DNA of 32,000 nucleotides from positions 1 through 32,000 of the forward strand of contig CAZDLM010000028.1 in NCBI GenBank assembly GCA_964506465.1, read 5' to 3'. This stretch comes from an uncultured Syntrophaceae bacterium (GTDB taxonomy: Bacteria; Desulfobacterota; Syntrophia; Syntrophales; UBA6109). Shown here in pieces: positions 8,250 through 16,917 of the stretch (position 1 is its first letter; each line of letters starts with the position of its first letter). A model generated the notes under the pieces. It was not told the origin of the DNA, made no database searches, and worked only from the letters and a program-made list of their open reading frames with translations. The position numbers were made by a program, and so were the translations under genes.

Positions 8250-9488
8250 TCAGGAGAAGCGACGGATCAGCAGGCTCGTGTTGACGCCGCCGAAGGCGAA
8301 ATTCTGGACGGCCGCGGTGTCGATGCGCTCCGCCACGATCCCCGGGGTGTGGCGGATCATGGCGCAGCGCTCGTCCGGCTCCTCGAGGTTCAGCGTCGGT
8401 GCGACGAAGCCCTCCCGCATCATATAAAGGATAAGAATCGTCTCGATGGCGCCGCAGGAGCCCATGGTGTGCCCCATGTATCCCTTGAATCCCGTCACCA
8501 GGGGATGGACGCCGTAGACGGCGTGGATCGCCTGGGCCTCGATGATGTCCCCCATCTTGGTCCCCGTCGCATGGGCGCTGATGAAATCGACCTGATCGGG
8601 GTTCAGGGACGCGTCCCGCAGCCCCAGGCGGAGGGTTTCGCCGATTCCCCGCATGTTCGGAAGGATCAGGTCGCCCCCGTTGTTGTTGCAGGCAAAGCCG
8701 ATGACCTCTCCCAGGATCTCGGCACCCCGGTGCCTCGCGAACTCGTATTCCTCCAGGAGCACCGCCCCCGCGCCCTCCCCCACGACGAGCCCGTCGCGCC
8801 TGCGGTCGAAGGGCCGCGGGGTGCACTGAGGACGGTCGTTGAAGGCCGTGGAGCAGGCCAGGAGGTTGTCGAAGACCGCCACGGTCGTCGTGTCGTACTC
8901 GTCGGCCCCGCCGCAGAGCATCGCATCCTGCATCCCGAACTTGACCATCTCGTAGCCGTAACCGATGGACTGGCTGCTGGTCGTGCATGCCGTGGAGGAG
9001 GAGATCACCCGCCCGGTGATGCCGAACATCTTGGTGATGTTGACGGCCGTCGTGTGGACCATCGACTTGAGGTAATCGACCGCGCCGATCGTGGAAAACT
9101 CCGTCCGGCTGCCGGTGAAAAAGGTCTTGTAGATCTCCCGCTGGACCGAGGGGCTGCCGTGCGTCGAGCCGAAGGCCACCCCCAGGCGGCCGGAGGTCAC
9201 GAATTCTGTGGTCAGGCCGGACTGCTCGAGAACTTCCTTCGCCACCTGACAGGCGTAATAGGCGACGGGCCCCATGGTCTTGCGGTAGACCCGTTTGAAA
9301 TCGAACTCGACCGGATAATCCACAGTCCCGAAGACCCGGGAGTGGATGAAGCGGGACAGGAGGTGATCCTCCTTCAGCGGTTTGACGCCGGAAACGCCGC
9401 GCTGAAGGCTCGCCACGATCTCGTCGCGGCCGTGGCCGATCGGCGTGATCGCCGAACAGGCCGTAATGACCACCCTTCGCCCCGTCAT
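8250..9488 (-). CDS. Beta-ketoacyl-ACP synthase (FabF-like), catalytically complete
   Basis: 412 aa with SSSTACTTSSQSIGYG, ISAHATGTKMGD and FKGYMGHTMGSCGAIE. Confidence 0.92.
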   Translation of the reverse strand: MTGRRVVITACSAITPIGHGRDEIVASLQRGVSGVKPLKEDHLLSRFIHSRVFGTVDYPVEFDFKRVYRKTMGPVAYYACQVAKEVLEQSGLTTEFVTSGRLGVAFGSTHGSPSVQREIYKTFFTGSRTEFSTIGAVDYLKSMVHTTAVNITKMFGITGRVISSSTACTTSSQSIGYGYEMVKFGMQDAMLCGGADEYDTTTVAVFDNLLACSTAFNDRPQCTPRPFDRRRDGLVVGEGAGAVLLEEYEFARHRGAEILGEVIGFACNNNGGDLILPNMRGIGETLRLGLRDASLNPDQVDFISAHATGTKMGDIIEAQAIHAVYGVHPLVTGFKGYMGHTMGSCGAIETILILYMMREGFVAPTLNLEEPDERCAMIRHTPGIVAERIDTAAVQNFAFGGVNTSLLIRRFS

Positions 9489-9518
9489 GGCCGGGCTCCG
9501 GTATCCGCGGATGCGGCT

Positions 9519-9788
9519 TCAGGAATTTTCATACAGACGCCTCTTGTCGGCCATGAGCACGACATAGTCGATCACCTGCCGGATCGTGCGGATCTCCATG
9601 GCCATCTGCTTTTCTTCATGCGTCAGCTCGCTCTTGAGGAGATGTTCGATTTCCAGGAGCAGCTCAATGGCGTCTACGCTGTCGAATTCGCCGGCTTCGC
9701 GCAAATCGTCATCGAGTCCGGGATTTTCCATCTCGAACTCCCGGTGGAAAATATTCAGAATCTCGAGAGTAATCTGTTCTTTTGTCAT
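9519..9788 (-). CDS. Acyl carrier protein (ACP 1)
   Basis: 89 aa with an EFDSVDAIELLLEIEH phosphopantetheine attachment motif. It sits directly beside the KS genes. Confidence 0.82.
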   Translation of the reverse strand: MTKEQITLEILNIFHREFEMENPGLDDDLREAGEFDSVDAIELLLEIEHLLKSELTHEEKQMAMEIRTIRQVIDYVVLMADKRRLYENS

Positions 9789-9864
9789 CGGTTTCCTGCT
9801 GCAGGGTTTTTCGGACCGTCGTCAGACGGTGGCTTATAGTCCGGATTTCCAGCCATATCAAGCC

Positions 9865-11400
9865 TTACTTTCCCGGGCACTCGGCCGCCTCCGGAGGCGG
9901 CGCGTTCCCGCGGAATTCGTCCAGGTCGGCAAAGCGGTTCATTCCTTCGAGGCGCCGCAGATACTGCTGATAGCGTGCCTGCCAACCGGCCCTGCGGATC
10001 CGCCGGTCGACGAAAAACTTCATGACGGGTTGGATGACGTAGGTCCAGAAGGAGGTCCACAGGCGGCCCTGCTGCACGGCGAAGGCCGAGGGTTTCCACC
10101 ACCCCAGGACCGTTTGCCGGTAATGCCAGAAGGCATATGCCAACTGATCGGCCTGAAGCCGCCGGGTCTTCACATTGGCCCAGAAGCCGTTGTACCGCTC
10201 AAAGCGGTCGGGATTCGTCACCAGGCCCTCGGCGAGCAGATTTTCCCGAAGCCGGGTCTTGGGATAGGGGGTGAGGATCTGGCAATACGCGGCGTCGATC
10301 TCCAGTTCATTGAGGAATCGGTAGTTCTCCTGGATGGCGGTATCATCGTCGTCGGGCAGCCCGAAGATGAGGCCCCCGATCACCATGATGCCGTGCCGGT
10401 GGCAGCTCAGGACGGCCTGCCGCGCCGCCTGGACCAGATCGCCCTTCTCCATGGCCGCGAGGTTCCGGCTGGAAGCGCTTTCAATCCCCAGAAACACCCC
10501 TCGGAATCCCGCCGCGGCCATCTTGGCCACCATCGCCTCATTGCGGGCCATGGAGATGCAGTCTGCCTGGACGATCAGCCGCAGGTTCCGGTATTTCCGG
10601 GCGATGATGGCGTCGCAGACGGCCGTGACCCACTGGGGGTTCAGCACCATGTTGTCATCGGTGATGAAGATGAGACGCGTCTTCCGGTTGAAGTAGATGT
10701 CGTCCAGGTCGGCGAGAATCCGTTCGATGGGATACGTCCGGTAGGAGCGCCCATACATGTGGTTGATGCTGCAGAAGTTGCAGCTTCGCGTGCAGCCCCG
10801 GGAGGTTTCCATGACCTCGATCCGGGAGTACATGAAGTGGTATCCGCGCGTCAGGCGCCGGCGGTCGCGCACCGGGAGCTTTAGCCGGGACAAATCGCAG
10901 AGTTCCCCCGTTTCGTTGTGGATCCATTCGTTCCCGCGCCTGTAGGAGAGCGACGGAACGGCCTCCAGGCTGTCGGTCCCCGCCAGGGCGTTGACCAGCC
11001 TCCGGAACGTCTCCTCCCCTTCGCCGCGGATGATGAAGTCCATCTCCTGCGCATCCGGGGATGTGGCGATCTCGCGGCTCATCAGGGTGGCATGATAGCC
11101 CCCGACGGCGATCTTCACTCCGGGCAGGAGACGCTTGATGAGCCGCATCACGGCCAGACACGTCGGGAACTGCCAGGTCATGGCCGACAGGCCGACCAGA
11201 TCGGGGCGGATCTTCTTGAGGGTCTTCGTCAGATAGGCGACGACGCCGCGGCGCTTGCGGACCAGATCGATCAGATGGACCTCATGCCCCTCATCGATGT
11301 TGCCGGCGACGCAGGCGATGCCGTGGTTGGGCATGTGGAGCGCCGTCTCATGGATCACGATCGGAATCACATCCGGCATCGAGATCAGGACCACCTTCAT
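9865..11400 (-). CDS. B12-binding-domain radical SAM protein
   Basis: 511 aa. N-terminal B12-binding-like region (GHEVHLIDLV, LVGLSAMTWQF, VAVGGYHATL-type) and ETSRGCTRSCNFCSI (CxxxCxxC), then DDNMVLNPQW and VFLGIESAS. Confidence 0.9.
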   Translation of the reverse strand: MKVVLISMPDVIPIVIHETALHMPNHGIACVAGNIDEGHEVHLIDLVRKRRGVVAYLTKTLKKIRPDLVGLSAMTWQFPTCLAVMRLIKRLLPGVKIAVGGYHATLMSREIATSPDAQEMDFIIRGEGEETFRRLVNALAGTDSLEAVPSLSYRRGNEWIHNETGELCDLSRLKLPVRDRRRLTRGYHFMYSRIEVMETSRGCTRSCNFCSINHMYGRSYRTYPIERILADLDDIYFNRKTRLIFITDDNMVLNPQWVTAVCDAIIARKYRNLRLIVQADCISMARNEAMVAKMAAAGFRGVFLGIESASSRNLAAMEKGDLVQAARQAVLSCHRHGIMVIGGLIFGLPDDDDTAIQENYRFLNELEIDAAYCQILTPYPKTRLRENLLAEGLVTNPDRFERYNGFWANVKTRRLQADQLAYAFWHYRQTVLGWWKPSAFAVQQGRLWTSFWTYVIQPVMKFFVDRRIRRAGWQARYQQYLRRLEGMNRFADLDEFRGNAPPPEAAECPGK

Positions 11401-12269
11401 AGCGCCGCCTTCCTTTCCATGAGGGCGCGCGCCTCGTCCACCAGCGCGGGCAGAGAGAAGGTTTCACTTCCGTAATCCGGCTCCAGGCTCCCGGCCAGTT
11501 CGACGCTGATGACCGCCTCGTCATGGGCATTGAACAGGAATCGGTCCGGCGGAAAGAGTCTCTGCGTGTTGCGGATGAGGACCACCCGGAGGGGCGATGC
11601 CTGGCAGAGACGGGCGATCTTGAACGCGCCCTTGTCGAACGGGCCGATCCTGCCGTTGCGGGACCGGGTCCCCTCGGGAAAGATGAAAAGATTTCCGCCT
11701 GCGGCAAGGTAGTCCTGCATGGCCTTGATCTGGTCGATCATGCTGGCCGAAAACAGTCCCTCGGCCAGCGAAGGAATGTAACCGGAGCGCCGCAGTATCC
11801 AGCCGAAAACGGGAAGACGGAAATAGTCGTTCTTGACGATCGTCTTCTGCTTTTCAAACAGGGAGACGAAGAGGATGGGATCCAGAAACGACAGGTGGTT
11901 GGCGATGATCACCGAAGAACGCAGGGCCCCGACCTCGTCCGAGACATGCCATTTCACCCGGGGAACCAGGACCCGCAGAAGGGCGAAGAACGACCGGTGA
12001 AGGCGGCAGTTCCATCGTTGAAAGGCCGTCTCTCCCCCGGATGAAAAAAAATGCGTGTACAGATAGAAGGGCGAAAAGAACAGAAGGAATCCCAGAATGT
12101 AGTAGGCCCAGAGGAGCGCCGTCACGATGAAGTCATGGACCCATGCCGCAACAGCACGGGGTCCGGTTGGCGTGCCTTCCGCGCTCCCGGCAGTCCCTTC
12201 CGGGTTGTCTGGCAAAGATCGTCCGCCGTCCACCGGGGAGGTTCGGCCGGTCCGTTCCGGTTGGGTCAT
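11397..12269 (-). CDS. 1-acyl-sn-glycerol-3-phosphate acyltransferase (PlsC/LPLAT family)
   Basis: From MTQPERTGRTSP (ATG overlaps the TGA of the upstream gene). Contains VIIANHLSFLDPILF (NHxxxxD) and FIFPEGTRSRNGRIGPFDKGAF, with an N-terminal TM region. The extra N-terminal residues in the track ORF are out-of-frame. Confidence 0.87.
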   Translation of the reverse strand: MTQPERTGRTSPVDGGRSLPDNPEGTAGSAEGTPTGPRAVAAWVHDFIVTALLWAYYILGFLLFFSPFYLYTHFFSSGGETAFQRWNCRLHRSFFALLRVLVPRVKWHVSDEVGALRSSVIIANHLSFLDPILFVSLFEKQKTIVKNDYFRLPVFGWILRRSGYIPSLAEGLFSASMIDQIKAMQDYLAAGGNLFIFPEGTRSRNGRIGPFDKGAFKIARLCQASPLRVVLIRNTQRLFPPDRFLFNAHDEAVISVELAGSLEPDYGSETFSLPALVDEARALMERKAAL

Positions 12270-13780
12270 CACGGCCGTCCCCCGCTCGATCCCGGCTTTT
12301 CCCGTCCCTTCGCGAGCTCTTCGTAAATCGGCGCGAAACGGTCTGCCCCGACCACCTGCCGGACGCCATGAAAAGAACCCATCAGGGTTCCGAAGACGCC
12401 CGGCGAAAGGGCGTTCTGGCCCGCAAGCCAGAGACCGGACGGCCCCAGGCGGTGGAGCGTTGCCGCAGCAGGCAACTGGCGGACCGACCGCAGGATCCCG
12501 TAAGGGGAGCCTTCCGGAGTATCCACCCAGTCCCGCAGCGTCAGGGGGCTGTAGGCATCGATCACCTTCGCGTCCGCCAGCGGCCCGAAGACCTCCTCGG
12601 CGTCCTGCAGGAGTTTGCCGGCGAGGGAAGCCTTTTCCTCTTGGTAATCCGCGCCCCGCCGGCCGGTGGTCGTCCGCTCCCACCGGCGCCACTCTTCATA
12701 GGGGCTCCTCGTAATGGCCACCAAGAGGTTTCTCCCCTCCCGGCCTCGCAGCATTTGATAGAAGACGCCCCCGCGGATCGAGCCATCCCGGTTTGTGCGC
12801 AGCCGGAAGATGTTGTGCGGAAGGGCCGGGTGGACGGCGGCGTCCACCGACGCATTCACAGCGAAGAGGCTCTCCGTCTCGCACAGCTCGGCGACGCGCC
12901 GGACCCGGCGCGGAAGGACCAGCCCTTCCGGCAGCATCGCCATCGCCTTCTTGGGATGGATGGCGGCAACCACCCGCGGGGTTCTGCACACCGTTCCCGA
13001 CGCCAGCCGGACCCCCTCGACCGCGCCCCCCGGGGCGAGGATCGCCGTCGCCGGATCGCCGCACAGGAGGGTCCCGCCCAGGGATTCCAGCCTCGCGACA
13101 AAGGCTCCCGCCAAGTCCGCACCGGATCCCTTGAGCCGCCAGGAAGAGAGCAGATAGGATGTCAGGGCCAGGTGATGATAGAGGACGGGACACTGGTCCT
13201 CCGGCATCCCCATCCATCGGGCCGAAACGCCCAGGACGCTCCTGAGCCCCGCCGAACAGTCCATTCCGGCGAGATAATCCCCCAGCGGCGCGAAGAACGC
13301 CGGATCGATGGCCAGAGGGGCCGGCGAAAGAAAAGCGAAGTCCTTCTGGAGACGGGAAAACATGCGGAGGTTTTCGACGATCGCGGCGATGGGGCGCCCG
13401 TCGCCGGGAAACGCCTTCTCCAGCGAGGCGCCGAAGGCATCGAGTCCCACGGGCAGGTCGAATAGGAAGTCATCGAAGAGGTAGCGGTCGATGGCTCCTC
13501 CGCTCCCCATCTCCTCCGCCGCCATCTGGTCCGCAACGCCCAGATAATCGCACATCCTCCGGAGGGGTTCTCCCTCTCCGAAGGAGCCGAAATAGTGGAC
13601 GCCGACGGGGCAGTCCAGGCCGTCGCGCCGGTAGCCGCGCATCAGGCCGCCCGGCAGCGGATTCCGCTCGACGATGACGACCCGGTAATTCAGCAGGGAC
13701 AGGAGGATCCCCACCGACAGCCCGCCGATCCCCGAACCGATGATCGCTGCGTCAAAAGTCCGTTTGTCTTCCATGGTCAT
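12269..13780 (-). CDS. Phytoene desaturase / carotene isomerase-like (CrtI/CrtISO family) FAD-dependent oxidoreductase
   Basis: 503 aa with an N-terminal FAD motif FDAAIIGSGIGGLSVGILLSLLNYRVVIVERNPLPGG and a CrtI-like C-terminus (GLWLAGQNALSPGVFGTLMGSFHGVRQVVG). Confidence 0.85.
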   Translation of the reverse strand: MTMEDKRTFDAAIIGSGIGGLSVGILLSLLNYRVVIVERNPLPGGLMRGYRRDGLDCPVGVHYFGSFGEGEPLRRMCDYLGVADQMAAEEMGSGGAIDRYLFDDFLFDLPVGLDAFGASLEKAFPGDGRPIAAIVENLRMFSRLQKDFAFLSPAPLAIDPAFFAPLGDYLAGMDCSAGLRSVLGVSARWMGMPEDQCPVLYHHLALTSYLLSSWRLKGSGADLAGAFVARLESLGGTLLCGDPATAILAPGGAVEGVRLASGTVCRTPRVVAAIHPKKAMAMLPEGLVLPRRVRRVAELCETESLFAVNASVDAAVHPALPHNIFRLRTNRDGSIRGGVFYQMLRGREGRNLLVAITRSPYEEWRRWERTTTGRRGADYQEEKASLAGKLLQDAEEVFGPLADAKVIDAYSPLTLRDWVDTPEGSPYGILRSVRQLPAAATLHRLGPSGLWLAGQNALSPGVFGTLMGSFHGVRQVVGADRFAPIYEELAKGREKPGSSGGRP

Positions 13781-13837
13781 CCTTGCGGGAGGGTCCGGCC
13801 CGGAGAATCCGGCGGGGAGGATGCCTCCGCGGAGTCG

Positions 13838-14098
13838 TCAAGCCTTCGGGCGGTTCTCCCGGACGAATTGCGCCAGGGCGCGGACGGAGGCAAAGGCCTT
13901 CACGCCCACCTCCCGGGTCTCGATCTTCACCCCGTAGTCCTTCTCGAGCATGAGGACCAGTTCGAGGATATCGATGGAGTCGATTCCGATGCCCCCTCCC
14001 ACAAGAGGTTCGTCTTCTTTGATATCCTCCGGCCGCACGTCCAGAAGCGACAGGGTGGAGATGATCTTGATCTTCAATTCCGCGAGCAGTTCATCCAT
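13838..14098 (-). CDS. Acyl carrier protein (ACP 2)
   Basis: 86 aa from MDELLAELKIKIISTLSLLDVRPEDIKEDEPLVGGGIGIDSIDILELVLMLEKDYGVKI, with GIDSID as the PPant site. The track ORF to 14515 is an over-extension. Confidence 0.88.
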   Translation of the reverse strand: MDELLAELKIKIISTLSLLDVRPEDIKEDEPLVGGGIGIDSIDILELVLMLEKDYGVKIETREVGVKAFASVRALAQFVRENRPKA

Positions 14099-14166
14099 CC
14101 TCTTTCTCCCTTTTGAATTTCTCCCGGCAGGGCGGATCCGCAAAAGACGGGCGCTGAAGAAAAGCT

Positions 14167-15309
14167 TCAGAGCCCCAGGCGCCTCGCCACAATCCCACGC
14201 ATGATCTCGTTTGTTCCCCCCAGGATCCGGGTCACCCGTATATCGCGCCACGCCCTGGCGACGGCATATTCCTCGCAGTACCCGTAGCCGCCGTGCAACT
14301 GCAGGCAGCGGTCGGCCACGCGGAAGGCCATCTCGGTCGTCCAGTATTTGGCCATGGAGACCTCCGTGGTCACATCGACGCCCTCGAGATAGTCGACGAT
14401 CAGTTTGTCGACAAAAGTCCGGCCGAGTTTGATTTCCGTCGCCATCTCGACCAGCTCGAACTGGACGTGCTGAAAACGGCTCAGGGACTTGCCGAAGGCG
14501 CTGCGCTGCCGGCAATACTCGCGCGTCAAATCGAAAACCATCTCCGCAGCCGTCACCGCGCTGATCGCCAGGACGAGTCTCTCCGGCTGCAGGTTCCGCA
14601 TGAGCTTCTTGAAGCCCGTTCCCTTCCCGCCCAGGCGGTTGGCCTTCGGAATCCGGCAGTCCTCGAAGAAGAGTTCCGCCGTATCCTGGCTGTGCCAGCC
14701 GATCTTCCTCAGACGTTTCCCCTTGATGAAACCGGGGGTGCCGGCCTCGACCAGATACAGATCGATGGCGTCATGCGCCTTCTCGACCGACGGATCGCGG
14801 GCCGCAACGACAAGGAGGTCTCCGTTGATCCCGTTGCTGATGAAGGTCTTCTGCCCGTTGAGGACGAACGCGTTCCCCTCCTCCACAGCCGTCGTCCTGA
14901 TCGCTGCCAAATCGCTGCCGGCCTGGGGTTCGGACATGGCGACGGCCGTGATGATATCGCCGGCGATGCAGCGGGGAAGGTAGCGCCTCTTCTGTTCCTC
15001 GGTGGCAAAGGCCGTGATGTAAGGGACCACGACGTTGCTGTGCAGCCGGACGGCAAGCCCGCAGAAGTTGGTGCGCGTCATCTCCTCGATCACGATGACC
15101 GTGTAGAGGAAGTCCGCCCCCGTTCCTCCATACGCCTCGGGGACGTCCATGCACAGGAACCCCTGCTCGCCCATCTTTTTCCAGGCGCTGCGCGGGACGA
15201 TCCCGGCCGCCTCCCACTCCTCGATGAAGGGAACGACCTCCCTGGCCAGAAACTTCCGGAGGGCTTGCCGGAAGATGCGGTGTTCTTCAGTGTAGGGGAT
15301 CACGTCCAT
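14167..15309 (-). CDS. Acyl-CoA dehydrogenase family flavoprotein
   Basis: 380 aa with AMSEPQAGSDLAAIRTTA, VLNGQKTFISNG, LQLHGGYGYCEEYAVARAWRDIRVTRILGGTNEIMR. Confidence 0.93.
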   Translation of the reverse strand: MDVIPYTEEHRIFRQALRKFLAREVVPFIEEWEAAGIVPRSAWKKMGEQGFLCMDVPEAYGGTGADFLYTVIVIEEMTRTNFCGLAVRLHSNVVVPYITAFATEEQKRRYLPRCIAGDIITAVAMSEPQAGSDLAAIRTTAVEEGNAFVLNGQKTFISNGINGDLLVVAARDPSVEKAHDAIDLYLVEAGTPGFIKGKRLRKIGWHSQDTAELFFEDCRIPKANRLGGKGTGFKKLMRNLQPERLVLAISAVTAAEMVFDLTREYCRQRSAFGKSLSRFQHVQFELVEMATEIKLGRTFVDKLIVDYLEGVDVTTEVSMAKYWTTEMAFRVADRCLQLHGGYGYCEEYAVARAWRDIRVTRILGGTNEIMRGIVARRLGL

Positions 15310-15338
15310 GATCGGGTCAGCCCTCCGCCGGCTGCATC

Positions 15339-15770
15339 TCAGGCATCCGCCTCCGCACGAAAGGCCTGGACGCTCATGACGGCCACAATCTCGTCCTCCA
15401 GCAGGACCGTCCCTTCGAAGACCGCGTAGCCCTCCAACGCACAGCTCTTGGTCACCTCGGTGATCAGGGCAGCCGCGATCGGCAGGCGGGCACGGCGAAA
15501 ATCGGCGCTCTTGATCCCCACGAGCCAGCCGGTGGCGCCTCCCCGGCCGCCCTGGATGCGTTTCCAGCCTTCGAGCAGCGCCGCCGTCTGTGCGACCAGC
15601 TCGATCGTCACCAGGGCATCGACCGATCCGTCGCCGTAAAGGGGCCAGTCTTCAGAGGTTGTCGCGGCCGTGCGCGCCCTCTGATCGTCGACGGCCAGGA
15701 CCGTCTCGATCAGCTTCATCCGGCTGCGGTGGGGAATCATCTTCTCGATGTCGAGATCGATCGGTTTCAC
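15339..15770 (-). CDS. Hotdog-fold acyl-ACP dehydratase (ApeP/FabZ-like)
   Basis: 143 aa, GTG start. Contains IEKMIPHRSRMKLIETVLAVDD and YGDGSVDALVTIELVAQTAALLEGW, the ApeI/ApeP-type dehydratase layout. Confidence 0.75.
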   Translation of the reverse strand: MKPIDLDIEKMIPHRSRMKLIETVLAVDDQRARTAATTSEDWPLYGDGSVDALVTIELVAQTAALLEGWKRIQGGRGGATGWLVGIKSADFRRARLPIAAALITEVTKSCALEGYAVFEGTVLLEDEIVAVMSVQAFRAEADA

Positions 15771-16035
15771 GCGGTTTCCATAACAGAAATCCCCTCATGC
15801 GGCAAGACGATGTCGGCCGGGATCGTCTCATCGGCCGGCAGGCTCTTCACGATGACCGCTTGTTTTTCATCGCGCAGGCCGAAGCCGCGGGCGAAGCATG
15901 GCGCGCCGCGAGGCAATCCGCCGTTGAAGAGCAGGATCGTCCGATGGCATGCCGCTGAGGGGCTTCACCCGGTTGACCGCCCGTGTCCGTTTTTTGATCC
16001 GGCGGTTGACGAGCGGGAGCGGTGGAATTTGCCTC

Positions 16036-16878
16036 TTATCTTCCCGCCGGCACCCGCTTCTCCGATTTGAGGAATACCCAGGACACGGAGATCCCGCTCA
16101 TGATGGAACACTTCTTCTTCACCAAAGGGCTGTCTTCGATCACGGCGCCCTGGAGAAAATCAACGCTGACAAAGAGGTTGAAGATCCACGGCTCCATCTT
16201 CTTGTTCAACCCGATGCTGAGCGTCGACCCGCTGTATCCACCGCCGGCGTCGTACGAAGGGCGCGACGCCGTGGCGTAGGCCGGTTCGACCGAATAGAAA
16301 TACCGGTGATAGCCGCGGTCGCCGAATACCGGCCCGGCGGAGATTCCCAGATTCAGACCGCTCTCGGGAAGGATATCCGATTTTTCGAAAACCAGCCGCG
16401 GGTTCCACAGCCAGCCCTCATGCCGCACCGATGAAAAATCCGTCGAGAAGACCGCCCGAAACGGCAGGACCAGACTCCATTTGTAGGCGTCCTCGCGGTT
16501 GTCCAGCAGTGTGATGTTCAGGGACGGGCCGACCTCGAAGGTCGGATCCAGATCCGGCATGTCCCGGCGGGCCTCGTTTTTTGAACTGTCGACCGGCACG
16601 TTGCCGAAGAGGCTGACGTCCAGCAGAACGTCGTCCGTTTTGAAGATCCGCCCCGAAATGCGCTCCCGTTCGACCCGGAAGATATCGCCGCGATAGACGA
16701 GGTAGGGATAGGGCAGCAGCAGAAACCTGCTTTCATCGGAGCCCCGGTAGTCCGGCATGTGGAGAAGGGCCGCCCCGACGCCCGCCTCCCAGAGGGGCTT
16801 CTCCCCGCCGCAGGCGCCGGGCGGAGACAAGAAGACCGCGAGCGTCAGGAGAATCGCAAGAACACCGCGAATGCGCAC
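16036..16878 (-). CDS. MipA/OmpV family outer-membrane protein
   Basis: 280 aa with a signal peptide, then WEAGVGAALLHMPDYRGSDESRFLLLPYPYLVYRGD...LDVSLFGNVPVDSSKNEARRDMPDLDPTFEVGPSL, an OmpV/MipA signature. GTG start behind a GAGGAGGT RBS. Confidence 0.88.
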   Translation of the reverse strand: MRIRGVLAILLTLAVFLSPPGACGGEKPLWEAGVGAALLHMPDYRGSDESRFLLLPYPYLVYRGDIFRVERERISGRIFKTDDVLLDVSLFGNVPVDSSKNEARRDMPDLDPTFEVGPSLNITLLDNREDAYKWSLVLPFRAVFSTDFSSVRHEGWLWNPRLVFEKSDILPESGLNLGISAGPVFGDRGYHRYFYSVEPAYATASRPSYDAGGGYSGSTLSIGLNKKMEPWIFNLFVSVDFLQGAVIEDSPLVKKKCSIMSGISVSWVFLKSEKRVPAGR

Positions 16879-16917
16879 GAGACACCTCCTCTTTTTTTCC
16901 GCCGGTTCCGGCGAGCG

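Noticed and set aside
9815-9830. Perfect inverted repeat ACCGTC-GTCA-GACGGT between ACP 1 and the B12 radical SAM gene, considered as a terminator
   Set aside because: The stem is only 6 bp and is not followed by a T-run on the minus strand (it is followed by CCGAAAAACC). Not supported as an intrinsic terminator.
7914-9839. 641-aa plus-strand ORF covering the KS genes
   Set aside because: It lies antisense to two strongly supported ketosynthases and an ACP. The translation is Arg/Pro/Gly/Asp-rich with no recognisable motif, which fits a GC-rich antisense artefact.
12269-13780. Interpretation of the locus as a carotenoid cluster based on the CrtI-like gene
   Set aside because: No phytoene synthase, GGPP synthase or lycopene cyclase is visible. 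The neighbours are KS, ACP, acyltransferase and acyl-CoA dehydrogenase genes.
16896-16909. CGCCGG-TT-CCGGCG palindrome beside a T-run upstream of the MipA/OmpV gene, considered as a terminator
   Set aside because: The T-run is on the wrong side for a plus-strand terminator and reads as an A-run on the minus strand. It merely precedes the GAGGAGGT RBS of the downstream gene.
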